NCBI GenBank assembly: GCA_046757725.1
Contig: JBHHYU010000006.1
Coordinates: forward strand, 13,841 to 77,840
Direction of reading: 5' to 3'
Length of the DNA: 64,000 nt
Source of the DNA: Candidatus Binatia bacterium
Lineage (GTDB): Bacteria > Desulfobacterota > Binatia > UBA9968
Both the position numbers and the translations under genes were made by a program. This document shows positions 1 to 8,624 of the stretch, in pieces (position 1 is the stretch's first letter; each line of letters starts with the position of its first letter). Under the pieces are notes generated by a model. It was not told the DNA's origin. It ran no database searches and saw only the letters and a program-made list of their open reading frames with translations.

Positions 1-35
1 ATATTAACGATAAGGGGAAAGAGGCCGCTTCCATC

Positions 36-755
36 ATGAACCGCCATCTTTACGCTACGATGGCTGGATTGCCTCAGTGGGAGATCGTTTCAGATCGGGA
101 AGTGAGGGAAGTAGGGCCAATCATTCCAGATGGCAGTGAAGCTGCACAAGCCAAAAAACTTGGGAATCTCGTTTATGCCGATGCTGTGTTGTTTGGCCGG
201 CTCCTTCGCTATCGTGAAAGGGTTGGAAAAGAATGGGGTGCCAAGCGTCCGGCGTCGGTATCCTTTGTTCTAAACCTATGGGATGTAAAACGGGGAGATG
301 TGGTTTGGTCCGCCCGTTTTGAGGAAACCCAGAAGGGTCTGACCGAAAATCTTCTTAGCCTGGGAGACTTCACCCAAAGGGGGGCGAGATGGTTAAAAGC
401 CGAAGATCTGGTTCTTGATGGGGTCAAGAAAGCGGTTAATCAATTGCACCGAACCCTCTATCCGAAAAGTAATCCTAAGAACGGGACCGTGACGAAGCCT
501 ACATCTTTCGAGGGTACCAGGCCGCAGGCCGTAAGTGAGTTGAGATCACTTCCAGCCCAAGCTTATGGTGATCGAACTCCTGGGGAGCGCAGTGGTTTTC
601 CGAGGGCTTCGCTTATATGCTTGCCAAGGGTTTCGAGCCTTCTTAAACCCCCGCGATCGAGTAAAACGGACTCCCCTTCTCTGAGAACCAGGCGTAGCGA
701 AGGGACGGGATACTTCTGGGCTGCGGAAGAACCGGCCACAGCAAAACCGCTATAG
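36..755 (+). CDS. hypothetical protein, possibly lipoprotein-like. The C-terminal ~80 aa are low-complexity, so the true 3' end is uncertain
   Basis: ORF with AAGGGG/AGAGG RBS-like sequence 10-20 nt upstream of the ATG at 36. There is no in-frame stop upstream within the window. It overlaps the convergent ORF 563..1156 by ~190 bp. Confidence 0.4.
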   Translation: MNRHLYATMAGLPQWEIVSDREVREVGPIIPDGSEAAQAKKLGNLVYADAVLFGRLLRYRERVGKEWGAKRPASVSFVLNLWDVKRGDVVWSARFEETQKGLTENLLSLGDFTQRGARWLKAEDLVLDGVKKAVNQLHRTLYPKSNPKNGTVTKPTSFEGTRPQAVSELRSLPAQAYGDRTPGERSGFPRASLICLPRVSSLLKPPRSSKTDSPSLRTRRSEGTGYFWAAEEPATAKPL

Positions 756-1156
756 ACCTCATCGTTCTCCAGCTGTAACGCTTGCACCTCATCATAGTTC
801 ACAGAAAGCTCGGTAGTACGAAAGATACTCCGTTTACGGAGCAGAACTCTCTGCTCCTTTTTGTGAAAGCTGATGCTTCTTTTAAGGGAGAAGAGGAACA
901 GGGAAATGCCTAGGAGGATCAAATTCATGATGGGAAAATACCATAGGGAACCGGCCGGGCCTTGGAGCCCTTTCTGTCGGATAGCCTCCAGGATCGGGAC
1001 AGAGAGGAAGAGGAGACCAGCGGCGATACCCAAACAGAGAAAGGTAGGGAAACCCCCGCATTTCCATACAAGGTTGAGACCTTCCCGTCCTTCGGCATCA
1101 ATGCGAAATCCGAGTCGGCTTCCCATAACCTCAAATTGTGCTGGGTTACCTTTCAT
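563..1156 (-). CDS. hypothetical membrane protein (two predicted TM helices followed by a soluble C-terminal domain)
   Basis: Hydrophobic stretches FPTFLCLGIAAGLLFLSVPIL and FPIMNLILLGISLFLFSL. It lies directly downstream, on the same strand, of the radical-SAM gene ending at 1250. Confidence 0.4.
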   Translation of the reverse strand: MKGNPAQFEVMGSRLGFRIDAEGREGLNLVWKCGGFPTFLCLGIAAGLLFLSVPILEAIRQKGLQGPAGSLWYFPIMNLILLGISLFLFSLKRSISFHKKEQRVLLRKRSIFRTTELSVNYDEVQALQLENDEVYSGFAVAGSSAAQKYPVPSLRLVLREGESVLLDRGGLRRLETLGKHISEALGKPLRSPGVRSP

Positions 1157-1249
1157 GAAAACATTCAGAAAACCGAATCCAGCAAATAGAATACGGAAGA
1201 AGAGGGGGGCTTCGGAATTTCAGCTATTGACAGCTGAATTCTACACTAG

Positions 1250-2539
1250 CTAGGAGCTCTTCCGAACGCGATAGAAGCTTCTAAAACGGTTCTCCTTCAT
1301 CTGTATGAGCTGGCTATAAGACCCGAATTGCTCCTCAGGGTGTTCTACCTCATCTAAGAGATCCACAGGGTTTTCCTCGGTCTCAAAGATTCTGACCTTT
1401 TTGTAAGTGGTCGATCGTTCACCCGGGACTCGCCCCATTTCACGAATCAGATCTCGGAACTGAGCCGGCTTCATCAGTTGACCATACCCGGCGCCGGCTG
1501 CCGTGGAAATACTTTCGTTAATGAGCGTTCCTCCAAAATCATTGGCACCCGCCATGAGGCTCGTCTGGGAGAGTTTAGGGCCTTCTTTGACCCAAGAGAC
1601 TTGCAGATTGGGAATCCAGTTGTTCAACATAATACGCGACACCGCGTACATTTTCATCACTTCAGCTCCGGTTGCCCCGGCACGTAGACCGGCAATCTTC
1701 CTTCGATGATACATCGGGGCCTCTTCAAAGACAAAGCTCAACGGTACAAACTCAGTAATTCCTCCAGTCCGCATCTGGATATCTCGTAATATGCCCAAAT
1801 GGACAGCCTTGTGATGCGAATTCTCAACGTGACCGTACATGATGGTGGAAGTCGTTGGGATCCCCAAGTGATGAGCGGTCTGAATGAGGTCCACCCAATC
1901 GCAAGTACTGATACGTCCTTTAGAGATCTTTTCACGTACATCATCCACTAATATCTCGGCAGAGGTCCCCGGTAGGCTTCCCACGCCGGCGTCTTTGAGG
2001 GCGGCTAGGTAATCTCTCACGGATACACCGGTGAGTGTAGCTCCATAAAGCACCTCTTCTGGAGAAAAACCGTGGATGTGCAGATCGGGCAGAGCTCGCT
2101 TCAGGGCTCGACACAGGGTAACATAGTGCCAGCCGTCCATCCCTGGAGCCAAGCCTGCCTGAACACACACCTCGGTGGCTCCAAGCTCCCATGCCTCCTT
2201 GGCACGTCGAAGGATCTCTTCCAGCGGCAGAAAATATCCCTCCGTCGCCAGGTGACCTCGGCTAAACGCGCAAAAGCCACAGCCTTTTACACAGACATTG
2301 GTAAAATTGATGTTTCGATTGACCACGTACGTTACGATATTGCCGACGGTTTTTTCGCGAAGGTAATTTGCTACGGCCATCATTGTGAGAAGGTCGCTCC
2401 CGGAGGCGTCGAATAACTCGGTACCTTCTTTTACGGTAATGTCCTCACCGGCAAGAGCGCGATCGAGAATCCGCCCGATCGTAGGTGTCACGGTACCTAA
2501 AAGGGAATCTAGCGATGATTTGAGATGCGATAACTCCAT
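1250..2539 (-). CDS. radical SAM enzyme, CofH/MqnC/MqnE family (aminofutalosine synthase or FO-synthase-like)
   Basis: CxxxCxxC radical-SAM motif in NFTNVCVKGCGFCAFSR. Overall similarity pattern to the CofG/CofH/MqnC/MqnE family. Length 429 aa. Confidence 0.7.
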   Translation of the reverse strand: MELSHLKSSLDSLLGTVTPTIGRILDRALAGEDITVKEGTELFDASGSDLLTMMAVANYLREKTVGNIVTYVVNRNINFTNVCVKGCGFCAFSRGHLATEGYFLPLEEILRRAKEAWELGATEVCVQAGLAPGMDGWHYVTLCRALKRALPDLHIHGFSPEEVLYGATLTGVSVRDYLAALKDAGVGSLPGTSAEILVDDVREKISKGRISTCDWVDLIQTAHHLGIPTTSTIMYGHVENSHHKAVHLGILRDIQMRTGGITEFVPLSFVFEEAPMYHRRKIAGLRAGATGAEVMKMYAVSRIMLNNWIPNLQVSWVKEGPKLSQTSLMAGANDFGGTLINESISTAAGAGYGQLMKPAQFRDLIREMGRVPGERSTTYKKVRIFETEENPVDLLDEVEHPEEQFGSYSQLIQMKENRFRSFYRVRKSS

Positions 2540-2604
2540 GGGATGCGCTTTCTGGTTTGCTGTTTTGAAGACGACGAGGCCTTTACAACTTTACCCTAAT
2601 TCAC

Positions 2605-3138
2605 TTATCTCTGCGACCAATAACGAGCAAATTCTTGGAGATGCGTCAGGCTCGATAAATCCTTCATGCGGTCGAGAAAGACCTTCCCGTTAAGGTGGTC
2701 CGTCTCGTGTTGGACGACCCGAGCGTGAAAACCTGAAGCCACAAAATGCAGTTCCTGACCGTTTCTATCTCGGGCCTGGACGCGAATCGTTTTATAACGT
2801 GGAACCTTTCCCCTTAGCTCTATGATGCTTAGACACCCCTCCCAGTCCTCCTCCATCTCTTCCGAAAGTGGTTCGAACCGTGGGTTAATCAGTACTGAAA
2901 GCGGGACACTAGGCTTTCCCGGGTAGCGGGGATTATCCGCTACCTCCAGGACTACGAGTTTTTTCGCCTCATGCACCTGTACTGCCGCAAGGCCTACCCC
3001 ATCGTACTCTTTCATGGTTTCAATCATGTCGTCAATAAATTTCTGTAACTCACTTGATGCGATCTGTTCAGCAGATAGTGTATTGGTAGCTCCGCGAAGA
3101 ACCGGGTGTCCGAGCCTTGCTACCTTAAGAACCGACAT
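2605..3138 (-). CDS. def: peptide deformylase
   Basis: GCLS motif and HEXXH metal site (QHETDHLNG) in a 177-aa protein. Confidence 0.9.
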   Translation of the reverse strand: MSVLKVARLGHPVLRGATNTLSAEQIASSELQKFIDDMIETMKEYDGVGLAAVQVHEAKKLVVLEVADNPRYPGKPSVPLSVLINPRFEPLSEEMEEDWEGCLSIIELRGKVPRYKTIRVQARDRNGQELHFVASGFHARVVQHETDHLNGKVFLDRMKDLSSLTHLQEFARYWSQR

Positions 3139-3145
3139 TACCTTT

Positions 3146-3164
3146 TCTTAACATAGTTAAGAAG
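3146..3164. promoter_or_regulatory. perfect dyad TTCTTAAC-ATA-GTTAAGAA, 8 bp upstream of the def start codon, in the def / Rrf2-suf divergent region
   Basis: 8-bp inverted arms with a 3-bp spacer read directly from the sequence. Candidate operator (Rrf2-type sites are palindromic). Confidence 0.3.
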
Positions 3165-3207
3165 TTAGAGAAAGGGTGGGGAACGGGTTGGTCTCTGTAA
3201 CGAGGCC

Positions 3208-3243
3208 TTGACAATGTGGACTTAAGGAGTCTATATTTATTCG
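3208..3243 (+). promoter_or_regulatory. candidate sigma70-type promoter for the Rrf2-suf operon
   Basis: TTGACA, then an 18-bp spacer, then TATATT, located just upstream of the Rrf2 ORF. Confidence 0.3.
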
Positions 3244-3250
3244 TGGTTTT

Positions 3251-3733
3251 GTGATGAGGTCATCTAAAAGCGAGATTGAGAGAAGCTCTCTGATGAATGT
3301 GGGACGGCGCGTGGATTACGCGGTTCGTGCGCTTTCCTATCTAGCCGCCCGGTCCCGGAGTGAGATCGTTAGCAAAGCTGAGATTGAACGGAAACAGGAC
3401 ATACCACCTTACTATCTTTCAAAGATCATGAAAGATCTCGTTGCGGGTGGTCTTGTTAGATCACATGTGGGCTGTAAGGGCGGTTTTAGCCTCGCCCGAT
3501 CAGGAAGGGCGATCAGCCTTAAAGAAGTTTATGAAGCCGTGGAACGACCACTGGTGCTTATGGAATGCATTGAAAAGGGTGAAGATTACTGCTCCTATTG
3601 CGCAGCGTGCACACAAATCACTATCTGGGAAAAGGCGCAGAGACTTCTAGCGACTTACCTTGATACGGTCTCCGTGGGTGATATCGCGGATCAAGAGGGG
3701 CTGAAAACACGGATGATCGCCCTTCAGAGTTGA
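3251..3733 (+). CDS. Rrf2-family transcriptional regulator (IscR-like, cysteine cluster present)
   Basis: N-terminal wHTH pattern typical of Rrf2 proteins (VDYAVRALSYLA...KIMKDL) and a C-x-C-x2-C-type cysteine cluster (ECIEKGEDYCSYCAAC). Alternative start at 3293 (MNVGRR). Confidence 0.85.
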   Translation: MMRSSKSEIERSSLMNVGRRVDYAVRALSYLAARSRSEIVSKAEIERKQDIPPYYLSKIMKDLVAGGLVRSHVGCKGGFSLARSGRAISLKEVYEAVERPLVLMECIEKGEDYCSYCAACTQITIWEKAQRLLATYLDTVSVGDIADQEGLKTRMIALQS

Positions 3734-3780
3734 TCGGTGTTTATTCAGGATGGTGTGTAACGGGAGAGGAATATAAAAGG

Positions 3781-4551
3781 ATGCTAAGCATCGAAAATCT
3801 TTATGCGAGTGCTGGGGGCAGAGAGATCCTGCGGGGAATCAATCTCACAGTCAATCCTGGCGAGATCCACGCGGTGATGGGGCCGAACGGCTCGGGCAAG
3901 ACGACTTTGGCTCATGTGCTCTCCGGGCAGGAAACCTACAACGTAACGGCGGGTAAAGTGACCTATCAAGGAAAAAACCTTCTAGGGATGTTACCCGAAG
4001 AACGAGCGCGGGAAGGTATTTTTCTAGCCTTCCAGTATCCGGTCGAAATCCCAGGAGTGAGCACGACCTATTTTCTTAAGGCAGCGCTGAATGCGGTTCG
4101 GAAGCACCGTGGTCTTGAGGAGCTGGATGCAATGGACTTTCTGGCTCTTGTAAAGGAGAAAATGCAGTTGGTTGATATGGATCAGAGCCTCCTAAACCGC
4201 CCTGTCAATGAAGGATTCTCCGGTGGAGAGAAAAAACGTAATGAGATTCTCCAAATGGCGACGCTAGACCCGAAACTTGCGATCCTGGATGAGACCGACT
4301 CCGGTCTGGATATCGATGCACTCAAGATTGTAGCTAACGGCGTCAATGCGCTCCGGAACGAGGAGCGTGCCATGATCGTTATTACTCACTATCAGCGGCT
4401 TTTAAATTATATCGTGCCTGACTACGTTCACGTGCTTTTCGAGGGTTGTCTTGTGAAGTCCGGCTCAAAGGATCTGGCACTGGAACTCGAGGCGAAAGGC
4501 TATGATTGGGTGAAACAGGAAGTCGAGGCATCTCGCCAAGCGGGACTCTAG
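3781..4551 (+). CDS. sufC: Fe-S cluster assembly ATPase SufC
   Basis: Walker A GPNGSGKTT, ABC signature SGGEKKR, and typical SufC length. Start moved from the track ORF (3730) to the ATG at 3781 (MLSIENL). Confidence 0.9.
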   Translation: MLSIENLYASAGGREILRGINLTVNPGEIHAVMGPNGSGKTTLAHVLSGQETYNVTAGKVTYQGKNLLGMLPEERAREGIFLAFQYPVEIPGVSTTYFLKAALNAVRKHRGLEELDAMDFLALVKEKMQLVDMDQSLLNRPVNEGFSGGEKKRNEILQMATLDPKLAILDETDSGLDIDALKIVANGVNALRNEERAMIVITHYQRLLNYIVPDYVHVLFEGCLVKSGSKDLALELEAKGYDWVKQEVEASRQAGL

Positions 4552-4570
4552 AGAAAAGAAATCTAAGGCG

Positions 4571-5914
4571 GTGGTTCATATTTCAGAAGTAATTAATCGA
4601 TATTTACGCGATTTCGAGAGGTTTGAGAAGGATCGGGGCCTAAAGAGACCTGGGTGGGTTCGATCGCTCCGCTCGGCGGCCATTGCCCATTTTGCTGAGT
4701 TAGGATTTCCTACTACTCGAAATGAGGAGTGGAAATATACTAGCTTGGCACGACTGTTGGGGATCCCTTTTAGCCCCGCCCCCGTTAAGACAAACGGCCT
4801 CACAGCGGATTCTCTTGTGCGTGTTGGTCTCGATAGATCAGATGGTAGCCGGCTGGTTTTTATAAATGGGTTCCATTCGCCTGAACTTTCCTGCGTTGAG
4901 TCCCTACCGGGCGGAGTAAGGGTTGGGAGTCTTTCAGCGGTTCTTAGCAGTACTCCGTCTTTGACGGAAACTCACCTGGCTCAATATGCCGGCTATGAGG
5001 GTCAGGCCATGGTCGCCCTGAACACGGCATTCATGGAGGACGGGGCGTTCGTCTACGTTCCAGCTGGTCAGATCGTTGAGGAGCCTATTTATTTACTGTT
5101 CATAGCGGCGGGTGCAAGGCAGCCGACAGTTTCGTATCCACGGAACCTGGTCGTTGCAGGGCCCGCAAGCCGGGCGACGATCATTGAGTGTTTCACGGCT
5201 TTAGAGGCTGACGTATATTTTACAAATGCCGTTACGGAAATCGTAGTCGGTGAAGATGCGGGCGTCGATTATTACAAGCTTGAGCGGGAGAGTAAAGGGG
5301 CCTTTCACATTGGGAGACTAGAGGCCCAACTAGGTCGCGGCAGTCGCTTCAACTCTCAGTCTATCACTTTGGGAGGTAGCCTGGTCAGAAACGATGTGAA
5401 CGCCGTGTTAGACGGTGAAGGTAGTGAGTGTACGCTGAATGGTTTGTACCTGGCAAAGGATGCGCAACATATGGACAATCACACAAGGATAGATCATAGG
5501 AAGCCTCAGTGTATCAGTCGCGAGCTCTACAAGGGCGTTCTCGATGGGAAGGGCCGCGGGGTGTTTAACGGAAAGGTGTATGTAAACAAGGCCGCGCAGC
5601 ATACTGATGCGAAGCAGACCAACAAGAATCTTCTACTTTCAGAAGGGGCGTCGATTGACACCAAGCCACAACTGGAGATCTATGCCGACGACGTGAAATG
5701 CACGCACGGGTCGACGATAGGTCGGCTTGACGAAGATGCTCTCTTTTATTTGCGAGCCCGAGGTCTATCCGTCGCGGCTGCGCGTAACCTTCTCACTTAT
5801 GCCTTTGCCGGTGAACTTATCGGCAAGATTTCGGTTGAGCCGATGAGGGCCCTGGTTGACAACCTGGTGCGGACCGGGCTTCGACAAGAGATGCAGGGAG
5901 GCCAAAGGCTATGA
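4571..5914 (+). CDS. sufD: Fe-S cluster assembly protein SufD
   Basis: C-terminal beta-helix region DTKPQLEIYADDVKCTHGSTIGRLDEDALFYLRARG...YAFAGEL matches the SufD signature rather than SufB. Confidence 0.85.
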   Translation: MVHISEVINRYLRDFERFEKDRGLKRPGWVRSLRSAAIAHFAELGFPTTRNEEWKYTSLARLLGIPFSPAPVKTNGLTADSLVRVGLDRSDGSRLVFINGFHSPELSCVESLPGGVRVGSLSAVLSSTPSLTETHLAQYAGYEGQAMVALNTAFMEDGAFVYVPAGQIVEEPIYLLFIAAGARQPTVSYPRNLVVAGPASRATIIECFTALEADVYFTNAVTEIVVGEDAGVDYYKLERESKGAFHIGRLEAQLGRGSRFNSQSITLGGSLVRNDVNAVLDGEGSECTLNGLYLAKDAQHMDNHTRIDHRKPQCISRELYKGVLDGKGRGVFNGKVYVNKAAQHTDAKQTNKNLLLSEGASIDTKPQLEIYADDVKCTHGSTIGRLDEDALFYLRARGLSVAAARNLLTYAFAGELIGKISVEPMRALVDNLVRTGLRQEMQGGQRL

Positions 5915-7182
5915 AGGCTGCCCGTGAAATCGGCCCTGCCGGTGTGAAGGGAGATTTCCGGCCTCCCTTGGATTTCGAAAAGATCAGGCGGGACTTCCCC
6001 ATTCTTTCGCAGCGCGTTCATGGGAAGCCGCTCGTTTATCTCGACAATGCGGCCACTAGTCAGAAGCCGCGGATTGTAATGGATACGGTGAATAACTATT
6101 ATTCAGCGCAGAACGCTAATATTCACCGAGGTATTCATTTTCTAAGCGAGCAAGCTACGGCGGACTATGAGAGTTCCCGGGAAAAGGTAAGATCCTTTCT
6201 CAACGCGTCTGACCGTCGAGAGATTGTCTTCGTCAGAGGTACCACGGAAGGTATCAACCTCGTAGCACAGAGTTATGGGAGGAAGTTTCTTAAAGAGGGC
6301 GACGAGATCATTGTCTCCGCTATGGAGCATCATTCCAATATTGTGCCCTGGCAGATCCTTTGCGAGCAGGTTGGCGCCAAACTGCGCGTTATTCCCATCA
6401 ACCATAAGGGCGAGTTGTTGATGGATGAATATAAAAAGCTCCTGAACCGAAAAACAAAGTTTGTCACCGTGGCTCATATATCCAATGCGCTCGGCAGCAT
6501 CAATCCCGTAAAGAAGATTATCGAAATGGCGCACCACGAGAGCATTCCGGTCATGATCGATGGAGCGCAGGCCGTGCCTCACGTAAAAGTGGATGTCCAG
6601 GACCTCGGTTGTGATTTTTACGCGTTTTCCGGACACAAGCTATTTGGCCCAACGGGTATCGGTATACTTTATGGCAAAGCGGATCGGCTGGAAGCCATGC
6701 CACCGTATCAGGGTGGTGGCGACATGATCAGTTTGGTGACCTTTGAGAAGACGCACTATAATGTGCTACCCTATAAATTCGAGGCGGGGACCCCGAATAT
6801 CGCTGGCGGGATAGGGCTCGGTGCCGCCATAGACTATGTGAACGGGATAGGGCTGGAGGTTGCGGCAGTTTATGAACGGGAGCTGCTTAGGTATGCGACG
6901 GAGGCTCTGTCGACGGTCGACGGTTTGAAAATAATTGGTACCGCAAGAGAGAAAGCAAGCGTTATTTCGTTCGTCCTTGAGGGAGTGCATGCCCATGACA
7001 TCGGGACCATCCTGGACCAAGAGGGAGTGGCTATCCGCGCCGGTCACCACTGTGCGATGCCGGTAATGCAGCGATTTGGAATCCCGGCTACGGCTCGCGT
7101 CTCCCTCGCGTTTTATAACACGAGACGAGAGGTGGATACTTTGGTATGGGCAATTCGAAAAGTCATTGAGGTGTTTCGTTAA
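5911..7182 (+). CDS. sufS: cysteine desulfurase SufS (class II)
   Basis: PLP-lysine context SGHKLFGPTGIGILYG, motifs HHSNIVPWQ and RAGHHCA. Confidence 0.9.
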   Translation: MKAAREIGPAGVKGDFRPPLDFEKIRRDFPILSQRVHGKPLVYLDNAATSQKPRIVMDTVNNYYSAQNANIHRGIHFLSEQATADYESSREKVRSFLNASDRREIVFVRGTTEGINLVAQSYGRKFLKEGDEIIVSAMEHHSNIVPWQILCEQVGAKLRVIPINHKGELLMDEYKKLLNRKTKFVTVAHISNALGSINPVKKIIEMAHHESIPVMIDGAQAVPHVKVDVQDLGCDFYAFSGHKLFGPTGIGILYGKADRLEAMPPYQGGGDMISLVTFEKTHYNVLPYKFEAGTPNIAGGIGLGAAIDYVNGIGLEVAAVYERELLRYATEALSTVDGLKIIGTAREKASVISFVLEGVHAHDIGTILDQEGVAIRAGHHCAMPVMQRFGIPATARVSLAFYNTRREVDTLVWAIRKVIEVFR

Positions 7183-7652
7183 TGTCCGAGATCAGTGAAT
7201 TGTATCAGGAGGTCATACTCGACCACAATAAAAGTCCGCGAAACTTTCACCGAATAGAAGGGGCGAACCTTACCGCGGAAGGGTACAACCCTCTGTGTGG
7301 CGACCAGATCACCGTCTACATTAAACTGAAGGATGATGTGATTGGGGATATTAGCTTTCAAGGCTCAGGTTGCGCAATTTCGAAGGCATCTGCCTCCATG
7401 ATGACCGCCAGCCTAAAAGGTAAAACCAAGGCTGAAGCACGGAGCCTGTTCGAAAGTGTTCATAAAATGCTTACTGACGGGACGGTCCCCAATTCCGACC
7501 CCACTGAACTTGGGAAACTTGCCGTTCTATCGGGGGTGTGTCATTTCCCTGCACGGGTTAAATGTGCGAGCCTGGCATGGCATACATTTCAGGCCGCACT
7601 CCAAGGGCGAGGAGGGGTGATGTCCACTGAGGAAACCGTCGGGAAAGGATGA
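7182..7652 (+). CDS. sufU: SUF-system sulfur-acceptor scaffold SufU (NifU/IscU-like, zinc-type)
   Basis: Conserved Cys in NPLCGD, GSGCAISKAS and CASLAWH. Confidence 0.85.
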   Translation: MSEISELYQEVILDHNKSPRNFHRIEGANLTAEGYNPLCGDQITVYIKLKDDVIGDISFQGSGCAISKASASMMTASLKGKTKAEARSLFESVHKMLTDGTVPNSDPTELGKLAVLSGVCHFPARVKCASLAWHTFQAALQGRGGVMSTEETVGKG

Positions 7653-7688
7653 ACCCGCAACCTGACTCATAATGAGAAGATCGCAAAA

Positions 7689-8246
7689 ATGAAGGGTAAC
7701 GGACCGATAACTCTAAAGCGGGATTGCGATGCGGTCCTAATACCTAGTGGTGATAAGCAAAAACTTCCGTCCGGCAGTCAGGTATGGATTACGCAATCCT
7801 TGGGAGGCAGCTTCACTGTGATGACGGACCGTGGAGATATGGCACGTATCGCCGCCACGGATGGGGATGCCCTCGGACTGGAAATCGAGGTCATCTCGCC
7901 GGCTGAAGTCTCCGCCGCAGAGGAGGGGACCACCGACCTCGAGAATACGGTTTGGGAAGAACTCAAGACATGTTTTGACCCGGAGATTGCGATCAATATT
8001 GTCGATCTCGGGCTTGTTTACCGTTGTCGCGTGACACCCATGAAAGGTGGGGGGAAAAAGGCCGAAATCAAATTTACGTTAACAGCGCCTGGTTGTGGCA
8101 TGGGGGAGACACTTAAACTAGATATTCAAAATAAGATTCTTAGGATACCTGGAGTTGAGGAAGTTGAGGTCCAGCTGGTTTGGGATCCCCCGTGGGATCA
8201 GAGCATGATCTCGAAATCCGGCAAACAGCAACTCGGGATAGTGTGA
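7689..8246 (+). CDS. sufT: SufT-like Fe-S assembly protein (N-terminal beta domain plus DUF59/MIP18)
   Basis: DUF59 core CFDPEIAINIVDLGLVY...APGCGMG. Position in the suf operon. Confidence 0.7.
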   Translation: MKGNGPITLKRDCDAVLIPSGDKQKLPSGSQVWITQSLGGSFTVMTDRGDMARIAATDGDALGLEIEVISPAEVSAAEEGTTDLENTVWEELKTCFDPEIAINIVDLGLVYRCRVTPMKGGGKKAEIKFTLTAPGCGMGETLKLDIQNKILRIPGVEEVEVQLVWDPPWDQSMISKSGKQQLGIV

Positions 8247-8283
8247 CAACGCAAGGGGCGCATAAGGAACGGGTGCAAAGGGC

Positions 8284-8595
8284 ATGAATAAACTTGTTTT
8301 GGAGGCTGAGGTCATTGAGGCGCTACGAACCTGTTTTGATCCTGAGATTCCGGTGAATGTCTACGATTTAGGATTAATTTACGGCATCGGAGTCGACGAT
8401 GCAGGTGTTGTTGGCATTCAAATGACTCTCACCTCGCCCGCTTGCCCGGTCGCGCAATCGTTACCGGTAGAAATACAGGCCAAAGTCAAGGGTGTGCCAG
8501 GAGTAACCGAAGCCACGGTCGATATCGTTTGGGATCCCCCATGGGAGCCGAGCAAGATGTCTGAGGCGGCAAAGCTTCAGCTCGGCATGTTATAA
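8284..8595 (+). CDS. standalone DUF59/MIP18-family protein
   Basis: CFDPEIPVNVYDLGLIY...SPACPVA. Confidence 0.7.
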   Translation: MNKLVLEAEVIEALRTCFDPEIPVNVYDLGLIYGIGVDDAGVVGIQMTLTSPACPVAQSLPVEIQAKVKGVPGVTEATVDIVWDPPWEPSKMSEAAKLQLGML

Positions 8596-8624
8596 GAGGT
8601 TCCTCCTGTTCCGCCACCCTTTTC

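Noticed and set aside
873-1253. 126-aa plus-strand ORF and the nested short ORFs at 882..1189
   Set aside because: They overlap the better-supported minus-strand membrane-protein frame and have basic low-complexity sequence.
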